Below are positions 40,691 through 55,507 of a DNA stretch of 64,000 nucleotides, piece by piece. The notes under the pieces were generated by a model. The model was not told the origin of the DNA. It worked only from the letters and a program-made list of their open reading frames with translations, and did no database searches. The stretch covers positions 153,698,001-153,762,000 of the forward strand of contig OX597816.1 in NCBI GenBank assembly GCA_951406725.2, given 5' to 3'. The translations under genes were made by a program, and so were the position numbers. The DNA is from Octopus vulgaris (Eukaryota). Position 1 is the stretch's first letter. Each line of letters starts with the position of its first letter.

Positions 40691-41947
40691 AACTAGTTAA
40701 CATTCTTATTTGTTTGCTGGCTAATGATGATGAGAAATGAAAGCTTTTGAAACCTCCTTTTCATGAGAATACCTTAGACAGTGTTATCAAAATAACTTCA
40801 AAACAAATATAGTGAGAACTAAAGGAGTCAAATTCAGAGTCTAGCATGATTTGATCCGCCATACAAACAAACTCTGTTCAGCATACCACTATAGGCACAA
40901 GGCTTAAAATTTTTGGAGGGAAAGTGTAATCGATCTCACCGACCTCATTGCTCAACTGGTACTAATTTTATTAAAGGATGAAAAATAAAGCCGATCTCAG
41001 TGGAATTTCAACCCAAAATATAAAGACGGACGAAATGCCGCTAAGCATTTTGTCTGGCAATCTAACGATTCTGCTAGCTCGCCATCTTTCTACAATAGGC
41101 ACAAGGCCTGAAATTTAGGGGGCGTCAGTGATCAAATGGTACTTATTTTATACAACTCGAGATGAAAGACGAAGTTGACATCTGGGGAATTTGAGCTCCG
41201 AGTGTTAAGAACCGGAAAAAATGCCGCTGAACATTTTACTCGACTCGCTATTTTATCAATCCACCACCAGTATCCTAAATATGATAATAGTATTAGAAAA
41301 AAGGATATAATTAGTCATATAGAAAATATTTTACATGGATAATTTAAAAGAACAATGTGTGGTACTTTGGCCAAGTGTCTTCTACTGCAGCCCCGGACCG
41401 ACCAAAGCCTTGTGAGTGGATCTGGTAGAAGGGGGAAACAAAACTCGGCAGTTTGTATTTCCCCTCGTCTTCACTTATGTTTGCTGGTCGTGAACAATAA
41501 CCTCGCTAACAGTGTTGGACGGTGTCACTCGCTTGCAATTCACTTGCGAAAGCATGTCCAAGCTGTTTAATGCTCAATAGACAAGGAAATCATTACCTTG
41601 CAAACAAACAGATAGAGGTTAGCGGCAGCAAGGACATTCGGCTGTAGAAAACTCTACCCAAACCTATTCTTGTCAGAAAAGTAGTTGTTGATGATGATGA
41701 TGATGAAAGTTGAAATCTTATGGTGGCTCACTCCACGGACAAATAAACGCAGTGTAACTAAAGCGATTAAACCATCATAATAAAAAAAAAAGATTTTAAA
41801 TTTGTAGGATGTGAATATAGTTGATATAATAAAAGGCAACACATAATTAATACTTACTTTATAAACACTGAAAATAATAACAACAACGATAATAGAAAAG
41901 CAATTCACTTCTAAATATTTATTTAATCACATACCTTTTTCCGTACC

Positions 41948-41991
<44 letters not shown>

Positions 41992-42399
41992 TCATGCACA
42001 TGAGCAAAATCTTTAATTAAGTCCAGTCAAACCCAAACTGTCAGGGACTGCAAAATGCAGAGGTTAAAATGTCATAACTATTGATCCACAACGTATGTTG
42101 GTCATTTTGTTAAAAAATATTACACTTCATGATTATTCAGAATAAAGCAGTCAAATTCAGAGTCTAGCATGATTTCATCCACCATGCAAACAAACTCTGT
42201 CCAGCATATCACATTAATATTTCAGTTTGTGGAGAGGGGGAAAAAGGGTCAAGGGAAACAAAACTTTATTGTTTTCAATTCTTACCAAAAACTCCAAATC
42301 ATCCAAAATGCATATTTCAGAGATTATATTTTCTTTTTTTCTTTCTGATTTTGTTCATTTTTTTCTTTTTTGGCAGGGTGTGGTGTCATTTTGTTTACA

Positions 42400-42406
42400 T
42401 ATGTTC

Positions 42407-42437
<31 letters not shown>

Positions 42438-42837
42438 GTGTTTGTATTACACACACACACACATGCAATATGTGTGTGTATATATACACAAACATACATG
42501 TATGTGTGTGTATGTATATATATGCACATATATATAATAGTCACATATATACACAAACATACAAAAGATATACACATACATACATATATACATATATGTA
42601 CACACACCCCCACACACATATATATACACCTACACGCATATATTTATACACTGATATACACATAAATACATATATACAAATATATACATATGAATATAAA
42701 TACACACACACACATATATATACATGTTTCTTCATAAACACACGTGTGCAAATGCACACACACACACAAAAGTAAGGATAAAACCATTGTAATGATTTTA
42801 TCAAGAATTTATATTAATATATAATATAATAATATTA

Positions 42838-42885
<48 letters not shown>

Positions 42886-43756
42886 TGTACATACATGCAC
42901 AAATATACATTTCTATACACACACTCACACACGACTGATTGCTAGATAGATACAGAGATATAGGAAATTTGTAACAATTCAATGTGTAAACTAAACATTC
43001 ATACATCAAGCATACGAATATATAAATTACAATCGTACAAGAAAAATATATATTTTAGCAATACACACATATACAAACAAAATAAACTAAAATGAAAAAA
43101 TAATATCAAATAAAAAAAAAAATGATCTCTTAATGATGGGTTTGTGAAAATTGAAATCTTCTAGTCTAACATCTGTTGTGAGTATTATATAATGTACATA
43201 TATTTTTACACTTTTTTCCAAGACTAAAAATCATATATATACTATATACAAACATATATACACACATATATATACATGTATATACATATATACATATACA
43301 CATATATACATATGTATATATATACACATATATATACATATGCATATATATATATTCACATATATATATATATACACATATATACATATACATACACATA
43401 TATACATACATATATACACACACATATATATATACACACATATATATATATATACACACACATACATATATATACACACACATAAATATATACACATAAA
43501 TATATATACATATACACATATGCATACACAGATACATATATACATACATATATATATACATATATACACACACATATATATATATATACATACACATATA
43601 TATACATACATATACACATACTATGTTATATAAATATGTATATACATACAAATATATAGATACATATATACATACAAATATATACATACATACACACATA
43701 TCATCATCATCGTTTAATGTGGAAAACGGACGTTAAACGATGATGATGATATCCAC

Positions 43757-43787
<31 letters not shown>

Positions 43788-43820
43788 AACACACAAATAT
43801 ATGCATACACATACATATAT
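42400..43820. repeat. Compound (TA)/(CA)/(TACA) low-complexity region
   Basis: Direct reading; source of many spurious Y/I/C/V/H/T ORFs. A similar region lies at 32480-33500. Confidence 0.9.
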
Positions 43821-44249
43821 ATATACTGCTTTTGTTTGTTTTACTGTATAAATACACAAAAGTGCTCAATATATACCTACGTTAGAAATGTGCATAGTCT
43901 GTTATAATTTTGTATGTTGGTGACAATAAATTTTTCATCAGAGTGTTCTTAATGCTGAGTAAACATTGACTATAAAGTAAATTTTTACAAAACATTCAAG
44001 TCTAAATATGTAATCTCATATGTATGTACATAAACAACTGCATGTATATAAATGGAGGGAAAGGGTGATAATATATAGATTATATTGTGATGTGATATAC
44101 TGCAGCTGCACACAAACGTATACACAATTCATACATAAACACATATAAATGCATAAATGTACATACAGACATATATATATATATATATGACGACATTTAT
44201 TAGTGTGTGTGTGTGTGTGTGTGTATATATAAATATAGATGACCTTTAT

Positions 44250-44304
<55 letters not shown>

Positions 44305-44524
44305 AGAGGAAAAGGTACAGAATTCAGAAATAGAGTATAAATACTTAATGAAATGCTGAGATTATTGTTTTACTACTCACAAATGTTTGTTTGTTTATGT
44401 GATTGTGTGCATGTGTAGTTTAATGTTGACTACTAAAATTACTAACAAAAAAAGTTTGTTTATAAGTTACCTAATTGAAAATAGAGATGTCTTAATAGTG
44501 AATATATAAGAATAACAATAATAA

Positions 44525-45780
44525 TTGTTTCAAATATATGTACAAAGCCAGCAATTTTGAGAGGAGAGGTTACTTGATACCATCAACACAGTATTTAACT
44601 GGTACTTTATTTTATTGACCATAGAGAGATGAAAGGCCAAGCAAACCTCAGCAGGATTTGAACTGAGAACATAAAGAGTCAGAACAAATATCACAAACTA
44701 TTTTCCCAATGTCCTAATGGTTCTACCAACTTACCACTCTAATAATAAATTGTTTCACATTTTGACACAAGGGCAGCAGTTTTTTTTTAGGGAAGGGATC
44801 TAGTCAATTATATTGACCCCAATACTCAACTAGTACTTTATTTTATTGACTCCAAAAGGACAAAAGGCAAATGTGACCTTGGGAGGATTTGCACTCAGAA
44901 CATAATGAGTTGGGAGAAACAGCCATTTTCTCTGACGTTAACAACTCTACCAAATCATTGCCTTAATAATGATAATAATAATCCTAATTTTGGCACAAGG
45001 CTATGTTGGCCTTTTAGAGGAGGGGGTTAAGCCATTACATTGATTCCAGTCCTCAAATGGTATTTCATTTTATCAATCCCAAAAGGATGAAAGGCAAAGT
45101 GAACCACACTGAAATTAGAGCTCAGACCATAAAGAGTTGGAAGAAATGCCATTAAGCATTTTGTCAAATGCAGTAACATTTCTGCCAGCTTGCTACCTTC
45201 AATAATGATAATAATCTTTTCTACTATAGGTACAAGGCCTTAGTCAATTACATCAACCCCTGTGTGTAACTGGTACTCATTTTATCAACCCCAAAAGGAT
45301 GAAAGGCAAAGTTGACATCGGCAGAATTTGATCTCAGTATGTAAGGACACATTCAAAGATAATAATAATTCTTACTATTATAGGTAAAAAACCTGAAATT
45401 TGGGGAGAAGGGGTTTACGCGATTACATCAACCCCAGTACGTAACTGGTACTTATTTTATTGACCCCCAAAAGGATGAAAGACAAAGTCAGCTTCAACAG
45501 AAATTGAACTCAAAACATAGAGTCAGATGAAATGCCACTAAGCATTTAGTCTAACACACTAATTCTGCAAGCACGCTGCCTTCTTTGGTTTCAAATTTTG
45601 GCACAAGACCAGCAATTTTAGGGATGAGGCAGGAGTCAATAACATCAACCTCAATGCTCAGATAATACTTATTTTATTGACCCTGAAAGGATGAAAGTCA
45701 AAGTGGACCTTCGTGGAATATGAACTCAAAACATAAAGAGCAAGAAATTCCATACATTAACATTTCCGCATGTTTGCTAA

Positions 45781-45826
<46 letters not shown>

Positions 45827-46170
45827 TTATTTAGGCAAGAACACAAATTTTATGGGAGGTGAAAAAACAGAATTGATATTCACCCTTTCTCAAGAGCATT
45901 AGTATCAAAAACAAAGGGATTTTAGTCAAACTGGGAATCAAAAATAGAAGTCTGAGCTTACCTTTTAGCCCTATAGTACTGACCACTATAATAATGATAA
46001 TAATTTCTAATTTTGACAGATGCCAAACATTTTGTTGGAGTTGGGGTTGGGTAAGTGATTTGCCTACATGAAAGACAACCTCACAAAATTTGAACTCTGA
46101 AAAGGGATGTAACTAAATATCACAAAGTATTTTGTTCAGCATCTATCAATTCTGCTATTCACTGACCTAA
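44525..46170 (-). mobile_element. Head-to-tail cluster of about 6-8 diverged SINE copies separated by AAT runs
   Basis: The core (gtacttattttattgacccc-aaaggatgaaaggcaaagt) recurs at about 44600, 44830, 45060, 45270, 45450 and 45670, with weaker copies to 46170. Confidence 0.8.
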
Positions 46171-49100
46171 TAATAATGATGATGATGATGATGACACCAA
46201 TGAAGATAAATAAACAGTGAATACAAAAAGGACATTTTGTAATATATACCAGCTGTGGCCTGAAACATTATCATTAGTCCCAAAGGAAACAAGTAACAGT
46301 GTAACCAGCACTGAAATAGCACAGTGTATTTTGAATTAGGTGAGAATTTCTTATAACAGTATGTTGATTTGGCATCTTCTCAGAAATATACACCCGATTA
46401 ATACTGGAAATGATTTTTTGTTGTTTTTGTGGGGTTTTTTAAGTACAAAGATAAACAACATTTTTGTTGGGGAGAGAGATGAACTGAATCTCATTGGTAA
46501 ACAGAAGTGTTTTAAGAAAAATCATTCATATATAACAAATAGTGGTTAACAGAGACCATTAAAATGTTGTCATAATGTATCTAATTTTTTCCAATTTATG
46601 GTATTCCATAATGAGTTATTAAACTTACTGATACCAAGTGAAATGGAGAAATTGCATTTGTAGTTTTTATTTCACAAAAGTGAAACAAATTCAAGACAAT
46701 TGCAAACATGCTTTATCTATACTATACTACTCATCAGATTCAATGAAAGGTTAACAAATTGTGATGTTCATACTTCTCACAAATGGTACCATTTACAACT
46801 AGGGAGAATGAACTATTGACAGTTAAATTTCTTGGCTCTGGATTTAATAAGATGGGAGCCAGTGACCAATCAGCAAGTAGACTGACATTATCAACCTTGC
46901 CAGGAAGAACATGGCTTTTTACGCTCTAGTAAAGATAATGTCTCTCTGAACTGCTAACAACAAGCAAAAGGAGTTCAGATTCCATTAAGATAACTTCTCT
47001 AGTGTTTGTAACATGGCCCCATTATTTAGTTTGTTTTTTACATTAATATTGTCAAAGTTTTTTTTCTTTCACACATTTTACAACCACAATCCTTTACTAT
47101 CCTAATTCTATCCATTCATGTGTGAAGTCAGAAGGGAGACTATTTTTGACAGTCAGTCAAACTGAAGCAAGCAGAATTATGTAACTTACTAATGGCTCTT
47201 GGAGTGACATCAGTAGATTTGACAATGTAGTCCATAGTTAAGCACCCTAACCTCATAATCATTGTGCTTCTATCCAGTTATTCAACTGTTCAATGTAGTA
47301 AATAAGAACCAAGCATTTTAAATCTTCAATTTTTAATAAATATGAAAGGTTCACCAAGACTCAGTTATCAATACTCAGATATTGTAGTTTGGTACTAATG
47401 CTCCCTGCAGCATTTGATCAATCACAACTAAGTTTTCCTTAAATACAGTTGACCAAATCTAATCAACAACTACTCCTACATTGAAATCATTGGAGTTAAT
47501 TACAAACTAACATCTAATGTTGATTATCAGAAATTAGGCAGCTGACACTAATACACTTGACAGAAGTAGTTAAAATACTGACTGGTTAAATCAATTTATC
47601 AATTAAATGGACAAAAGAGAAAAGAGTACATTGTTTAAAAGGTCATTTGCATTTAAATCCCACCGAGTTTCACATAGTTGCACATCTTTTTAATACCATG
47701 AGTACCAGTGATTCTAAAGAACATCAAGAGAAAAGGGGAGTGCTTTCATCACTCCAACTTTGTGATGACCATTTTACTTTTCCAGATTCTGATATAGTAA
47801 ATTCATATTTATGATTAAGGAGACAACTTGGATTTGATTAAAAAATTTGATAATCTATAAATTATTTTGTGCTGAATCACATAATTTACTAATCAGGGTA
47901 TTTTGTTTCTGTCCAATTGTTCCCTCATACAAGAAAGGCCAAGAAAGGAGCTCCTGAAACAAGGAGTACTAAATATCATAATAAACTTAAACATACATTG
48001 TTTTATAAAATATACACTACATGTCTATATGAAAGCATGCTAAGTTAATAAACAGTGCAAGTGGCAATATACTAAGCTGATAAATAGTGACAGTATATGA
48101 TGTTAATAAATACTTTTAAATAAGTGAAATATATCGAAAAGTATTAGTAGGCCAGTATTGTATCCTAATGAAAGTAATGTTTAAGACAAGGCTCATAGAA
48201 TATGTTGTTTATACAGTTATGTATTCTGCATAATAATTAACACAAATTACCATAAATTCTGAAATTTTAAATTAAGGACCTTTTTCTTAAACCTTTATAT
48301 ACTCACATATTATCAGTTTTACTTTAGTTTTATGAACCCTTGAAAGTCATTGAATCTCAAGCCAAAGGGCTCTAATTTGTTCACCATACAAACTCTGGCA
48401 GATTATCTATCAACAGCTTAGGTATTGCACAATTGTTGATTATGACTTGTTGGGTTGCAAAATTTAAGCTTAAATGCTACTTATGCCTCAACAATGAATA
48501 ATTCCAAATTCACTCAATATGTAAAATATACCAACTAAATTTCTGTTTGACATCTCTTTATTCATTCAGCTATTTTTCATTTCATGTAAATATGTGTGAC
48601 ATTAGTTTTATTGGATCAATTGTTTATATGGTAAGATGTCCTTCCTATCATTAATCATTCAAACATGAGGAAAGAGACTGCTCTGTATCACTCAAACTGA
48701 AGCAAGCAGTTGATATAGTAGTAAGAACTGGACTTATGACCATATGGTCAATAGTCCAGTATCTTAACTTTAGAGCCATATAAATAAGAAATATTTTAAA
48801 TCTTAAATCATAGAAAAGCATATTCAACAAAAAAGACAAGATGGTCAATCAAATGATTCTTTGAATAGTTTCTTTTTCCATAAAACCCAATAGCTATATA
48901 ATCTGAAGTTCAAACTCTCAATGTAGCAAACTAAACAATAAGGATGGCATGGCTTAGCTAGAATAGCCATTTTATCATTTTATTTTTAAAGGGCTTAGAT
49001 TCACTTCTGCATACCTGTATGAATGTTAGAACAATAGATTTTTAGAGCTAAATACCCTTACTACTGCAAACCACTCGACTGTATGGGTGAATGAACCTAG

Positions 49101-50946
49101 TTTTGTTCAGTTGGGCAAACTAGACCAAATGTTTTAGAATAAATTACTTATATAAGCCATCCACATTAAAAACAATGATAAAGTTAGTGTTAGCATCTAA
49201 TGTAGGAAGCTTAAAAATGCTGAGATAACAAAAAACAATATTAATGTTTCATTAATATAGTTTTAATTATTCCAGTAAATATAGGAAAAGATTTTAGGCA
49301 TTTTACAGCCTTATTATGACTTCATCAATGAATCATATATTTTAATGTACTTGACAAAAGAAATGCTATGTTGCTTGCTCAATAATACAATGCAATAATA
49401 GTTAATAAAAGCTGAACTAATGACCATGTAATCAATAATCTAGTAGCTTAACTTCATAGCCATTGTGCCTCTTAAATTACATAGAGATTAACTGATACTG
49501 AATATCCTACAAATATGGCACATAGACAAGTAGATTGCATCTAAACATCTCATCAGTTGCCACTTCTGTATGTGTGTGTACATATACTACATACATTTGT
49601 ATGTATTTTGTATACAGATGAATAAAACCAAGACTTTATTTGACAATACTAAAATTAAACCTAAAAAAAAAAGAAGAGTGGGCAGTTATTTTCTTAAATG
49701 AAAGTTGAGACTGGAATACTAACTTTTTGTCCAAAACAAAAAAAGAGAAAAAGTTTTTATAACCTATGACTAGTTCTAATTTTGTTATGTTAGCAGGACA
49801 CATTCTATTAGTTTGCATGCTGAAAAGGGATTTTTCACTTCTCCAAACATAAAAACTATTTAGTTTATGTTAAAGAATTGTGACACATGTGACAGGTTGA
49901 CAACTCATGAAGCTCTGTTCTGAATGTGTGTGTAGTAAGCATCATAGCAGAACAACAAAGTGAAAATATAACCTTTTCAACATTCAAACTGAGTCAAATG
50001 CAGCTTTCATAAAGACAGAACTGTTTCTTTGCTCACACTCTCCATACTAGAACTCAATGATTTCATAGTAGAAATATTGGTTTCAAATTTTGACAAGTTC
50101 GGGGGAGGTAGTAAGTTGATTACATACTCAACTGGTTCTTATCTTATTGACTCCAAAAGGATGAAATGCAAAATCAACCTCAGTGGAATTTGAACTCTTA
50201 ATGTGAAGATGGATTAAATGTTGATAAGCATTTTGCCCAGCATTCTAATGATTCTGCCAGCTCACTCTCACATTTGCAGTAGGAATATTGCCATCATATA
50301 TCAAAAGGATAATGTTTTTTGTTATAAAGTATCATCATTGCTTAATTTCTATAAGAATACATCAACATGGCTAATTATTATTAATTACTAAAACAGCAAT
50401 ATTGAAATTGCACCAAACACACACACAAAAAAAACAATACTGCAACCTGACAATAAGATTAGTTGAATAGTTGAAACTATGTGAAATCTTTTGCCTACAA
50501 ACATGGACTACAATATTACTTTTGGCATAGAACTTGTTGCACTTTTGTACAAGTCCAATATCACAGCAACTGAATTTAAAATTATATAAAATGTTAACCC
50601 TTACTAGTATACCACTTGCAAATAGATTTTCATATTTAAGTGTAATAAATAAAGTATTAAAAAACAAACATTATTCCCTTTTCATTATCAGAGGACCTCT
50701 ACACCATGAGCAGACAAAAAGATAATGATAAAAATAAATAAATCAAGAGGTATTTTACATTATCAGTTTTTCATAATACTCAAAAATAAAATGCTGATAA
50801 CCATGAGAAATTCAAGATCTAAAAACTAAAATGATATTGACTTACACTGTGCTGAACTAATTGTGATTAGACCAGATGTCTAGAGAGTGTGATATGCTAT
50901 AAAGCAGGCTAGCACCTTTACTACAATGTACTTGCTAAATAAAATC

Positions 50947-50992
<46 letters not shown>

Positions 50993-51037
50993 TTCAGTGG
51001 TGTGCAGAGACTTTTGACATTGGTCATGCAATGAATA

Positions 51038-52251
51038 TGAAGGTCAATTGAAAAGTTCATAGGCTGACCAAAATTCTCTCATGGAATATGACCAAATAAG
51101 ATTTAGTTTTCTACATAGACCCCTCCCCCTTGAAGTTCATACACTTGTTCCATTGGTATTGCAGTGCTTGAATCCCATTGGTGAAGAAACGTTCATCCTC
51201 CTGGTAAAAAGTGATCTACAGCAGATATGATGTCATCATCACTGTGATACTGGTTCCCAGTCATGTGCTTTTCATGTTGGCAAACAGATGATAGTCAAAT
51301 GGGGCCAAATTAAGGGAATAAGGATAGTGATCAACTAATTAAAAGCCACAGCCATGCATAGCAGCCATTGAAACTAAGGGCATGTGTGCTGGAGTATTGT
51401 CCTAATGAAAGAAGACTCCTTTTGTTAGTTTTCCTGAGCATTTGGTAACTGCCTCAGCATGTTGGCATAGTACACTCCATTGACAAGGTGGCCCTTTTGA
51501 AGATAATCACAATGTCAATAAACACAAAGCCTTTTGCATTCCAAATAACTGAGGTCATCACCTTCCCTGCAGATGAAACGACCTTGGTCTTCTTTCGAGC
51601 AGATGAGGAGGGTTGTTTCCACTGCATGGATTATCTCTGGCTTAAAGTGATGAACCTAACACTCATTATGGATTATGATACATTCAAGAAGACCAAGTGG
51701 ATCTGCCACAAACAATGTCAGATTTTTCTGTTGTGTGATCAGTTTGATGTGCTTTGATCAGGTGTCAGATGTAGCACCCATCAAGAATGAACCTTCATCA
51801 TGCCAAGTTCATTGTGCAGAATATTCTCAACTCTCTCACAGGATATGCTAATAACATTGGCTATTTGATTCATAGTCAATCGCCTGTTATCCATCAACAT
51901 GTGGTGAATGATCAATGTTTTCCTTGGTGATCTTCAAAACTATCCCGTTCCCTCCTAAGTTCAGCTGTCCACTGAAGCATCATTCTGTAATGTAGCAACC
52001 AGGTCAGCAGGAATGTCCTTGGGGGCTAAAGCCTTTTCTGAAGATATGTGATACACCACAATGCCAAATTTTATCTATTTTCGAGAGAAGTAGCTACTAG
52101 TAACTTTTGAAGTCTTCTTTGAACAGTCAGATGTCAGTTTGCCTGAAAAGAAACAATGCATTTATTAATATGTGGAGTTGAAATGAATGCATGCAAGATT
52201 TCTAGCATCACTCCTTCATAGTCAGCCTATGAAATTTTCAAGCTACCCTCA
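51038..52251 (-). mobile_element. Near full-length decayed mariner element
   Basis: TIRs tgaaggtcaattgaaaagttcataggctgac and gtcagcctatgaaattttcaagctaccctca, with TA on both sides. Minus-strand remnants FH*DNTPAH and YPYSLNLAPFDYHLF (mariner YSPDLAPxD). Confidence 0.88.
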
Positions 52252-52399
52252 TACTTATTGGTTGAGCTGATTCATCTTTTAAATTGTTTAATTAAGAGAA
52301 CCAAATTAGTTTCATAATATGGCCATGATGGTCGCTGTTTTAATGTGTTTAAAAATTTCAGAAAAGATGTACAAAAAATTATTTACATACCTCATTTAT

Positions 52400-54480
52400 A
52401 AATTAATTCAGTTCTTTGATCTTTTAGGGCAAAAATATTTATTACATTGTCACAGAAATCTTGTTTTAATTAGTTGTTGAAGTAAATATTTTTCAATTGA
52501 TATAAGAGCCAACCCCAAAAGTCTTTTCTCTCTGGTTGTATTTCTTTGGTAAGTTTTAATTCTTTTCAATGCAGAAAAGGACAGCTCTACAGGGGCAGTT
52601 GTAGACAGAATTGTCAAAATAAGGTTGCAAAGATTGAAGAGTTCTGGCATTGCTTCTATCATATCATTGATGCATTAAATTACTCACACTGCTTTTTAAA
52701 ATCTTTCATAGAATACAAAACATTTAATTCACTCTGAAATCGTATTATGTCAAAAAAAAAAAAAAAAACTACCATAAGTAGTTTTTAAAGAAATTTTTTG
52801 TGATATTCCTCACTTTTGCTGAAATTGAAAAGTTCTATGAATTTAAGCTTTTCTAAGGATGAGCATTGCATTATTAATTGGTCAGCTATTGTGTCAATAA
52901 TGTTGTTATAGAGCATTCTATAATGTTGTTGGAGATCAATAGATTTATTCCTGGATATTTTAATTTCAATTGCTGCATCGATGCCATATTTTTCCTCTAA
53001 CATATCATAAAATATTGAAAAATTGACTTTTATTTTCAAGTACGCTTCTAGTTTTATCTATTTGCTCTTTACAATATACTATGTCATGACTTAGTTTGAA
53101 GGATGTTAAATAAGACATCAATAAAAGAAAATATGTCACTAAATACTTCTGATAAAAATAAGAAATCGGGAGCATTTAAATTATGTAAGAATCCAAAAGC
53201 AGAATTTATTGTGGTCTCATCCCATGCTTCAGGGCTTTCAATGATGTCTTCAAAAAGGCTGATTATGAAATTACAATTTTCTTTTATAATAAGAACAAGA
53301 CATGAGGAGTAGTTCCATCTGGTTCCTGTAGCATTTTTTAACTATGCTATGTCATAAATTAGCCCTTTTAGGTAATTTCATAAAAAATGTACCCAGTTCA
53401 TTTATGGCAGAAGAAAATATTTTGCATTCTTTTATAGCAGAGCATGCTTACAAAAGAACTAAATTAAATGCATGAGCACAACTATGAACAATGATCACAT
53501 ATTCATATTTCTCTCTTACTTTTGACTGCAACCCATTTAATTGCCTGCCATTGCAGTGGCACCTTCATAGGTTTGTGCAATTAATTTGCTTCCACATGTC
53601 CATGTTTCAATGCATTTAAAAACATCTTCAGATAAAGCATTTGCTGAGCAATCTACTCTAACATCATTAAAACCGATAAATCATTTTTTAATAACACAAT
53701 CTTTGTAACAATGTAAAACAGTTGAAAGTTGTGAATAGTTTGATACATCAGATGTTTCATCTACAACAAAAGCTACAAATTTAGCCTGCTTCAGTTCATT
53801 TTCTATTTCATCCAACAAAACTTTTTGAACTGCATCAATCAAGTCATTTTGAATTCTGTTTCAGAAACCTGAGAAAACAAGATGTATCAAGATAGCTTGC
53901 CAATTTTTTGTCATATTTACTGATTAAATATAAGAGTTCTTTACAATTTCCATGATTATTGGATTCAAAATGACCCCGAAATGATAATTCCTAGCTACTG
54001 AGAAAAATAACTGCACTGACCTAATGCCACAGAATGGACTTGTTTCATTTATCCTCTTCATTATGCTGTTGTATGCTCTGTTTTCTATACGCATCCAATT
54101 GCAAGTCTATCCAAACATTCCCAAATGTCTTAAGATCTATGAAAGATTTTATACATCTTTGAGGAAGTTCATGTTTTAGCATGGCCATATGTAGATTATT
54201 TAAATCATTGTAACCATTATCATTTCAAACATGTTTTTCTAAACTAAGTAACAAGCATGACTAACAGAATAACTAATTTAGCTTAGCACTTCCAGTTAAC
54301 TATTTTTTCCTTTCATATAGATTAGTGTGAAATTGTCAAATACATTTCTTGATGGAACATTGCAAATTAGGTAATTTTAGCATTAGTCTGCTATCATTTA
54401 TAATTAACTGTTTCCTTTCAAAGTCTTTTTTTGAAAAAGTATTTTTCAAAAGTTCTTCTAAAGCACACATGTCAGTCATT
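52400..54480 (-). mobile_element. Decayed hAT transposase (ZMYM1-like type)
   Basis: FVAFVVDETSDVSNYSQLS, AQTYEGATAMAG, VHSCAHAFNLVL, GTRWNYSS and the dimerisation domain ELSFSALKRIKTYQRNTTREKRLLGLALISIE. Confidence 0.88.
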
Positions 54481-55224
54481 AAGATTCCTATTTCAAAAGT
54501 TCAAAAGATTTTATAATTGAAATATATGCACGTGTGTGTGTGTGGGGGGGGGGGGGGGTGAAAGTCAATTTTAATAAAATGGAAAATAATCTTTATAAAT
54601 CAAGGAAGCAACAAAAGATCCTGGTCAAAAGGGAGAAAACCCAACTTACATTGGACATATAATCCAAAAAAGTCCAGCAATGTAACAATAGACATTAGAT
54701 ATCAAAGATAAAATAAATAACTTTGTTCTATTGGCAAAACTTCGGTCCTTAGTAGCCTGAATCACTGAACTAATCTGACTGACAAAGAATTTTGAAAGGG
54801 CTTTTATTATTAGACTGAGGTCAAATGGTCAAATCCATTCAACCATGTGGTCAGTCTTTAGCAACACCAATTATAAAGAACTGACAGAACATAGAGAGAG
54901 ATATTGGCAGATAGAGAGAGGAGATCAAAGAGAAGAAACTTCATGCATTTTTAACATTGCATGACTTTGAAACTATTTTTAATAGAATGGGAAATGAGGT
55001 CAGAATAGAGCTGTCTTCAATAATCCAAGTAAATGCTCAGTTTATATTGATTGCATTTGATGGTCTTCTTCAAAACAAGTTAATGAGTTAGTTTCATTTT
55101 CAATGATTTTGAAGACTTTTTGATATAGTTACAAATAAATTACATTATTAAATTTATTTTTGATTTATATAAAAATAAATGGCCATGCAATGCATGACTT
55201 GCATAGCTGGAGCACACACAGCTG

Positions 55225-55265
<41 letters not shown>

Positions 55266-55420
55266 TATATATATACATATATATACACACACACACACAT
55301 ATATATATACATATATATACACACACACACACATATATATATACATATATATACACACACACACACACATATATATATACATATATATACACACACACAC
55401 ATATATATATACATATATAT

Positions 55421-55469
<49 letters not shown>

Positions 55470-55507
55470 CATACATACATGCACAGGCACACACACACAC
55501 ACACACA
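55225..55507. repeat. Compound (TA)/(CA) repeat with about 30-bp higher-order period
   Basis: Unit close to ATATATATATACATATATATACACACACAC, repeated about 6 times. Confidence 0.85.

Noticed and set aside
40828-42212. About 63-bp direct repeat (40828-40890 and 42149-42212) considered as a duplicated exon
   Set aside because: One copy has a stop in the best frame and there are no splice sites; more likely fragments of a dispersed DNA-transposon repeat.
44525-45790. Regularly spaced repeats superficially like a CRISPR array
   Set aside because: The units are diverged ~200-bp SINEs in eukaryotic DNA, with no identical repeats, unique spacers or cas genes.
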